IMG/VR virus record: IMGVR_UViG_3300032249_000861
Span: 46,026 to 110,025 of that record
Source: a virus
Reading direction: 5' to 3' (one strand)
Length of the DNA stretch: 64,000 nucleotides
Positions 12,301 to 18,300 of the stretch are shown here, piece by piece. The position numbers and the translations under genes were made by a program. Numbering within the stretch: the first letter of the stretch is position 1; the number at the start of each line of letters is the position of its first letter. The notes beneath the pieces are model-generated. The model searched no databases, was not told where the DNA came from, and saw nothing but the letters and a program-made list of their open reading frames with translations.

Positions 12301-15300
12301 AAACCGATATCAACAGAAGAACAGTCTCCGGTTGGAGAAACCACAATTCCTCAGCCTAATAAAGATGCTGCTGATACCGTAACTGCCGGTACAAAACCAG
12401 TCGATGCTGCAACAGTAGCAGCAAAAAACCAGACAGTAGTCAAGGCAGCAGAACAAGAAAATACATCTTCGCTACAAACATCAGCGATACCGCAGCCCAA
12501 ACCCTATAATCCTACAGATTATCCTATTATGGATAGTATTATGAGAGGAGGAAAGAACGGCCATTATGGTCCGATGGGTACTACTAATATAACAGGTAAA
12601 CAAAATATTCATGGAATAAGCGGATGGAAAACTAGACTCATACCAAAAGACGACGCGTCTGCAGCAAAAATTAAAGAATTTTTAGATACTCATCCAGATA
12701 TAGGGTCATATAAGTTAGCATTAAATGAGGGACCAGTACCAGTATTTAGTGTCTATTTCAAAAAAGGCACCAAAGATGAAGCACTATCTTTTGCACAAGC
12801 TAGTGAAAAAGGACTAAAAGATAGTTTAGATCCTCGTTTATATCAGGGTGCTGATACTCTGCTAGAAGGGACAAATATTTCCGCAAGATTTGATGCTAGA
12901 GATCTAAAGAATAAATCAGCATCATCAATTATAGATAGACAACTAGAGAATTCTCCTTTTAGTAGAGGATTTTTAAAAGCTGAAGAACTGAATCTACAAA
13001 TACTTCCATCAAATACGGCACCTGGGTCAACGGCTAGCAGAGCAATGCCAAACATTACTGCTGGCACCAGAGGAGTACCAGATACCGGGTATGTTGATTG
13101 GTTAAAAACAAAAAAGTTTTTGGCGAAAGATCCTAAAAAGATAGCTAGTCTAGATGCAGAGATACAAAGAGCTACTAACGTAGCAGATGATTGGCTAAAA
13201 GAAAATATGTCCGACATCTACAGCGCATCTGCTGAACGAACAGCTAGAGAATCAACAGGCCCACAACAACAAGCAGTAGTTGAAACAGCAACAAGAGACG
13301 CTACGAGCAGGCCAACCAAATCCGGTTTTGTTCGAGATAAATCATTACCGATAAACGAAGTAGACGATCTAGCTTCTGCCGGATTTGGAGTTATAAGCCC
13401 AGACCAAGAAGTAGAAAGTGTTATAAGGGGTGCAAGAGAAAATTTTCTTGGCTCTTTAACTAAACCAGCAGCATTATTACAGCCAGAAACATACCAAAAA
13501 TATGCAGACCAACTATTAGAACTAGAAAAATCAGGAAAAATAAAAATAACCAAAGGCGCTTCATTTGGTACTAGTGGCCAACCAAGTATATTTGTAGGAA
13601 AACCAGAAAATGTAGATATTCTTGCAAAAGCTTTTGAATCTGAAACAGCAAGGACACGAGAAACGAGAGGTTCAACATCAAATGAATTTAAAGAAACGGT
13701 AGGAAAAGCATTAGGATATAGTAAAGATAGTATAGCCCTACATATATTAGAAAAAGATTGGGATAAAGCAGGATTAGATATAGACACTATTCAAGATAGA
13801 TTACAAGTTAGTCGTGGTGCTGCTGCTCGGTATATGGTATCAGAAATTAATAAAGCTAAAGAACAAGCATCAGTTGAGCAAGGAGTAAAAGAATCAATAA
13901 ACCCGCCCATCAAAGATCCTATTACTGGAGATGAATTTGAATTAGGACCTGGAGATGATTTTCAATTAGGAGGTCTTGGAGAAGATCCGTTGGCACCGGC
14001 TCCTATAATAAAACCAGAAAATGTATTACCTGAAGCAAGAGCAGAATCAGAAGCTCGTAGAGCCGAAACAGCAACCTCACGAACTAAATCTAGTATTGTT
14101 GATGAAGATGAGTTTGTTTTAGGAGACATGGAAGATGATAGTACTGTCGTAGCTGTTGAGCCTGACGATGGTTCGAACTTTTTTGGAGAAGCATTCGCTG
14201 CCGCCGCACAAGAAGCCAGAGCCATAGAAGCAACAAGGGCTCAGATTGAAACCAACGATAAGTTTGTTGTTGACCAGCCTGATATGATGACAGCTTCAGA
14301 GCTTGACCCAATAACAAGAGCTTCTAGTAGGAGGGTTTGGGGATCTGATAAGGCTTTTGAAAATATGCCCAAACCCAAAATTTCTAGAGAAAAAGTCAAA
14401 GCACTAGACACTGGCGAGCCTGACGAGATGACAGCTTCAGAGCTTACTCCTCTACAGAGGGCCGTTATTAATAAGTCATTCGGACTTGATTCTGATAAAG
14501 GTTTCGAATTGCGAGAACAACTTATAGCTCAAAAAAGAGAAGCAGATATACTTCCAGAAGACTTTTTTCCAAACGGTTCATCAAGAACAGAAACTCCATT
14601 ATCTTCAGCTAGAACAGAAGCAGAAGCTAAGAATCCTGGTACCGTATTTGAAGGACAGTTAGAAGCAGCATTAACCGATGCTTCTTCTCCAGAAGCTTTA
14701 AAAGCTTCTGCAGAAGCTCAACAAAGATTAGCAGCACAAAAATTAGCAGCAAAATCTCCAGAACAAATATCTGTAGAAAAAACATATGGTCCTTTATATA
14801 GAGAAGCTAAAAAAGCTAATGATACAGCGGAGATGGCCAGAATACGATTAGAAGCTAATGCAGAATTTAAGAAACGCTCTCAAGAAGCTTCTACAAGATC
14901 TGAAGATAAAAAGAACAATTTCCTTCCTGTTATGGGTAGGGTCTTAAAGATAGCCGCCCCAATCGGATCAGCTATTGGTTATGGACTAGGATCGTTATTA
15001 AGTGGTTCTATGGGCAGAAAAAAAGAAGAACCTCAAGATTTAGCTTCTAGGTTAGAAAATGCTTCTGATCTACAAGAAGTTTTTGATCTTTTAAAACTAG
15101 CAGAAAAAGACAAGATAGGAAACCCGACTAATCCTTTAAGAGAAATAGGCGGATCATCCCCACTTATTGCTAAATTACAAAAACTAGCTCCAGAAATATA
15201 TGGTAAAAAAGGTAGTGACTATTTTAGCTCTCAAGACTTAGCAGCTATGCCGGAAGACGCATATAATGAGAATTTTCTAGAAAGATTAAAAGATAATGCA

Positions 15301-18300
15301 ACATTCGAGAAGATGAAAAGAGAACAAAAGGTAGCTGAACCTGCTCGCTTAAAGAGTGATGAGGCTGCACGGGCTACAACAAGAGATCTTATAACGCAAT
15401 GGTCTCAAGACTTTGCTATGGCGGGTAATGATGTCCGAACTCCTCCAGGTTCTGATCCTAAAAAAGCTAGAAATCCGTTAAAAGCCATGTCACGAGAAAT
15501 GGCAGAAAGAGCACAAGAAAGAAGAAGTGGATTCCCCACAGACGATCAAGGAAACGATCTACAGATAGGCACTATGATTCCCGCCCCGATATCGGTTTTA
15601 GATCGTACAAAAAATGATGCTGCAGCGATGAGAGAAATTGACGAAAAAGATAATAATGCTGCTCCGATGCTGGAAGTTAAGAAACCAGTAAAGAAATCTC
15701 TTGGGGGTTTAATTTATGCGTCGAAAGGAACCTTAGTAAACTACCAACCTCGTGGAACTGACACAGTACCAGCAATGTTAACTCCGGGCGAGTTTGTTGT
15801 TAATGCCAGAGCAACAGCAGATAACTACCCATTACTAAAAGCTATTAATAGCGGAACTAACGTTGATACTACTGCTAATATGAGTAAGGGCGGTGTGGTT
15901 TATGCTCAAGAAGGAGCATTAGTACCTAGCTTCGGAATGCATATTCCATCTTTAGATCCAGACAAAAATACTAAATTAACCCTATTACCAGAAAGCTCTT
16001 TAGATCAAGCAAATACAAAAGAAGCTTTTCGAGAATATGGAAACGCTCGACCTTCCTATCAATCAAGACCACAACTACCAAAGCCAACTGTTCAATCAGG
16101 ATCTTTTAAAGAAGGAGTTCATGATAGAAATTCTGTTATAAAAGATAGTGAATATTCTAGAAGTTTAAAGAGAATGGGTATTCCACACGTATCACAGAGT
16201 GGTGGATCTAAAACCTATTTGGATCAAAATGGCAGAGAAATTTCAGCAAATGAATTTAAACTTTTACCAGAAACGTCTTTTAATCATCCAGAATATGCAG
16301 TCATGCGTAGCAGAGCAGCTTTTGCTGCTGGAGCTGCTAAGTCTGTTGTTCCTCAAATGGGGGCTACGTCTGGGGCTATAGCAGGAGCAGCTGCCGGAGC
16401 CGTATTAGGACCTCCCGGAGTAATTGCCGGAGGCTTGATTGGAGGTTTGACTGGTGGTATAATGGGATCGGCATTACAAGAAACAGCATTAGATATAGCA
16501 AATCCAGAGGCTAACGCTATAGCTAATCAACTAATGGATCAAAATCCCGTATCAGCAATGGCAGGATCAGCAGCAGGAGACATTGCAACAGGAGGATTAC
16601 TATCATTAGCCTTGCCTTCTATACCAACACCAACAAGGGCTGGAGATTCAATGGTTGGTCCCGGAGGACTAACACCAAAACAAATAAAACATGCTGAAAA
16701 AGGATTAAATAGACCCATATCAGAAGCGATTACTCCGTTTACAGGAATGAAAGGATTTGGAGGTCGTTATGTTGACGGTCCAATAAGTGTTGATCAGTTA
16801 GTATATAAATCCAGAGACAACTTGGCTGAGAGTATTCATTACTCTGGGGCAGATCCCAAAACATTTGATTCATTAACAACAAGATTAACAGAACCTGTTC
16901 CTGGAGCTCTTGGTGATTATTACCAGGGACTAAGCAGGATATCTCCTAAAGCTCCTCCAGAACATATTATTGGAACAATAGCTCATGAGGCTGGCCATCA
17001 TTATCAAACAATGAAGGACCCTACTGGAAGATTCGTAAAAACTTGGATGTCAGATAATAGAGATCAAGCAAGTGACTGGATTTTAAAAAGAACATCCTCT
17101 CCTCAATATCTTGAAACTGCAACTCCAAGAAACCAGGTGAATTATGGAGTTAATGATATGCTGAGTGGGGATTTTTATAAACAGAGACAAATGGAACAAT
17201 TAAGAAAAGAGTTTGGAGAGGATGGTTTTAAGACTTTATTAGAAGACTCGTTAGCACATACTCTAGGGGCTGGTAAAAAAGGCATAGCTGGAGATGTAAA
17301 TTCAGCACTAAGATTTGAGTCTCAAAACTATATTCGCGGCAGAACTGGTGGCAGATATGGCGAAGCAGGACTAGCATTTGGAGGCGAAGACCTGTCTCGC
17401 ATAGATCCCGATATAATGGCAAAGGTTGGAGTAAGAGCTCCACAAACCTTAACAGGTCACGACAGAGTTTTAGACGCTATGACAAGATATGGTCAGGATA
17501 AGGGTTTTGCATTTCCTAATTTTGTAGATAATGCAGAAGTGTCTGGTAGACAAGAATTTCTTACGTCTATGTTCCAGGATTTAGGAGGAGCAGATAAAGA
17601 AGCCAGAGGATTATCTCAAGGATTAGTCAAATTTATCGAAACTAAGGGTGGAGAAGGCGTAAAAATGACTCCACCGCCACTTCCTCCATCTCCACCACCA
17701 CTTCCTGTTAATAGATACGCAAATGGCGGAATGGTCAATATGTCTGAAGGTAACAAGATTCCATCCGAAGTATGGGCAATAGGTACAAAATATACAAATG
17801 TTATGTCTCCTGAAGATTTTGAAAAACGCAAAGTCATTAGACCAAAATTATCTGATGATAGTACCTATGATACCCCCAAGGTTTTTAAAGACTATCACGA
17901 AGCACATAAAAAACCTATTAGTATTGATCCAGCATTACTAGATAAACAATCTTCTTTCTCTAAGTATTTACAGTCTGGCGGTCGAAGAATGTCTAATAAT
18001 GTTGAAATTGCACCAAAATTAACCACAGATGAAGTATTACAATATTTTCAAAATATAAAAGCAAAAGAACGTCGTGAAGGTTCTCCTCCTGCTGGTGGTA
18101 GGGTTCAATATGCAACTGGTGGAATAGTTTATGCAAATAATGGTGCCCTCATAGCTGCACAACCAATGGGAACTGATACTGTTCCAGCGATGCTAACTCC
18201 AGGAGAATTTGTTGTCAAAAAAGAACAAGCTCAAAAACACGCTCCAATATTACATGCTATAAATAGTGGAGCTTATAGTAGGGGTGGTATTGTTAATTAT

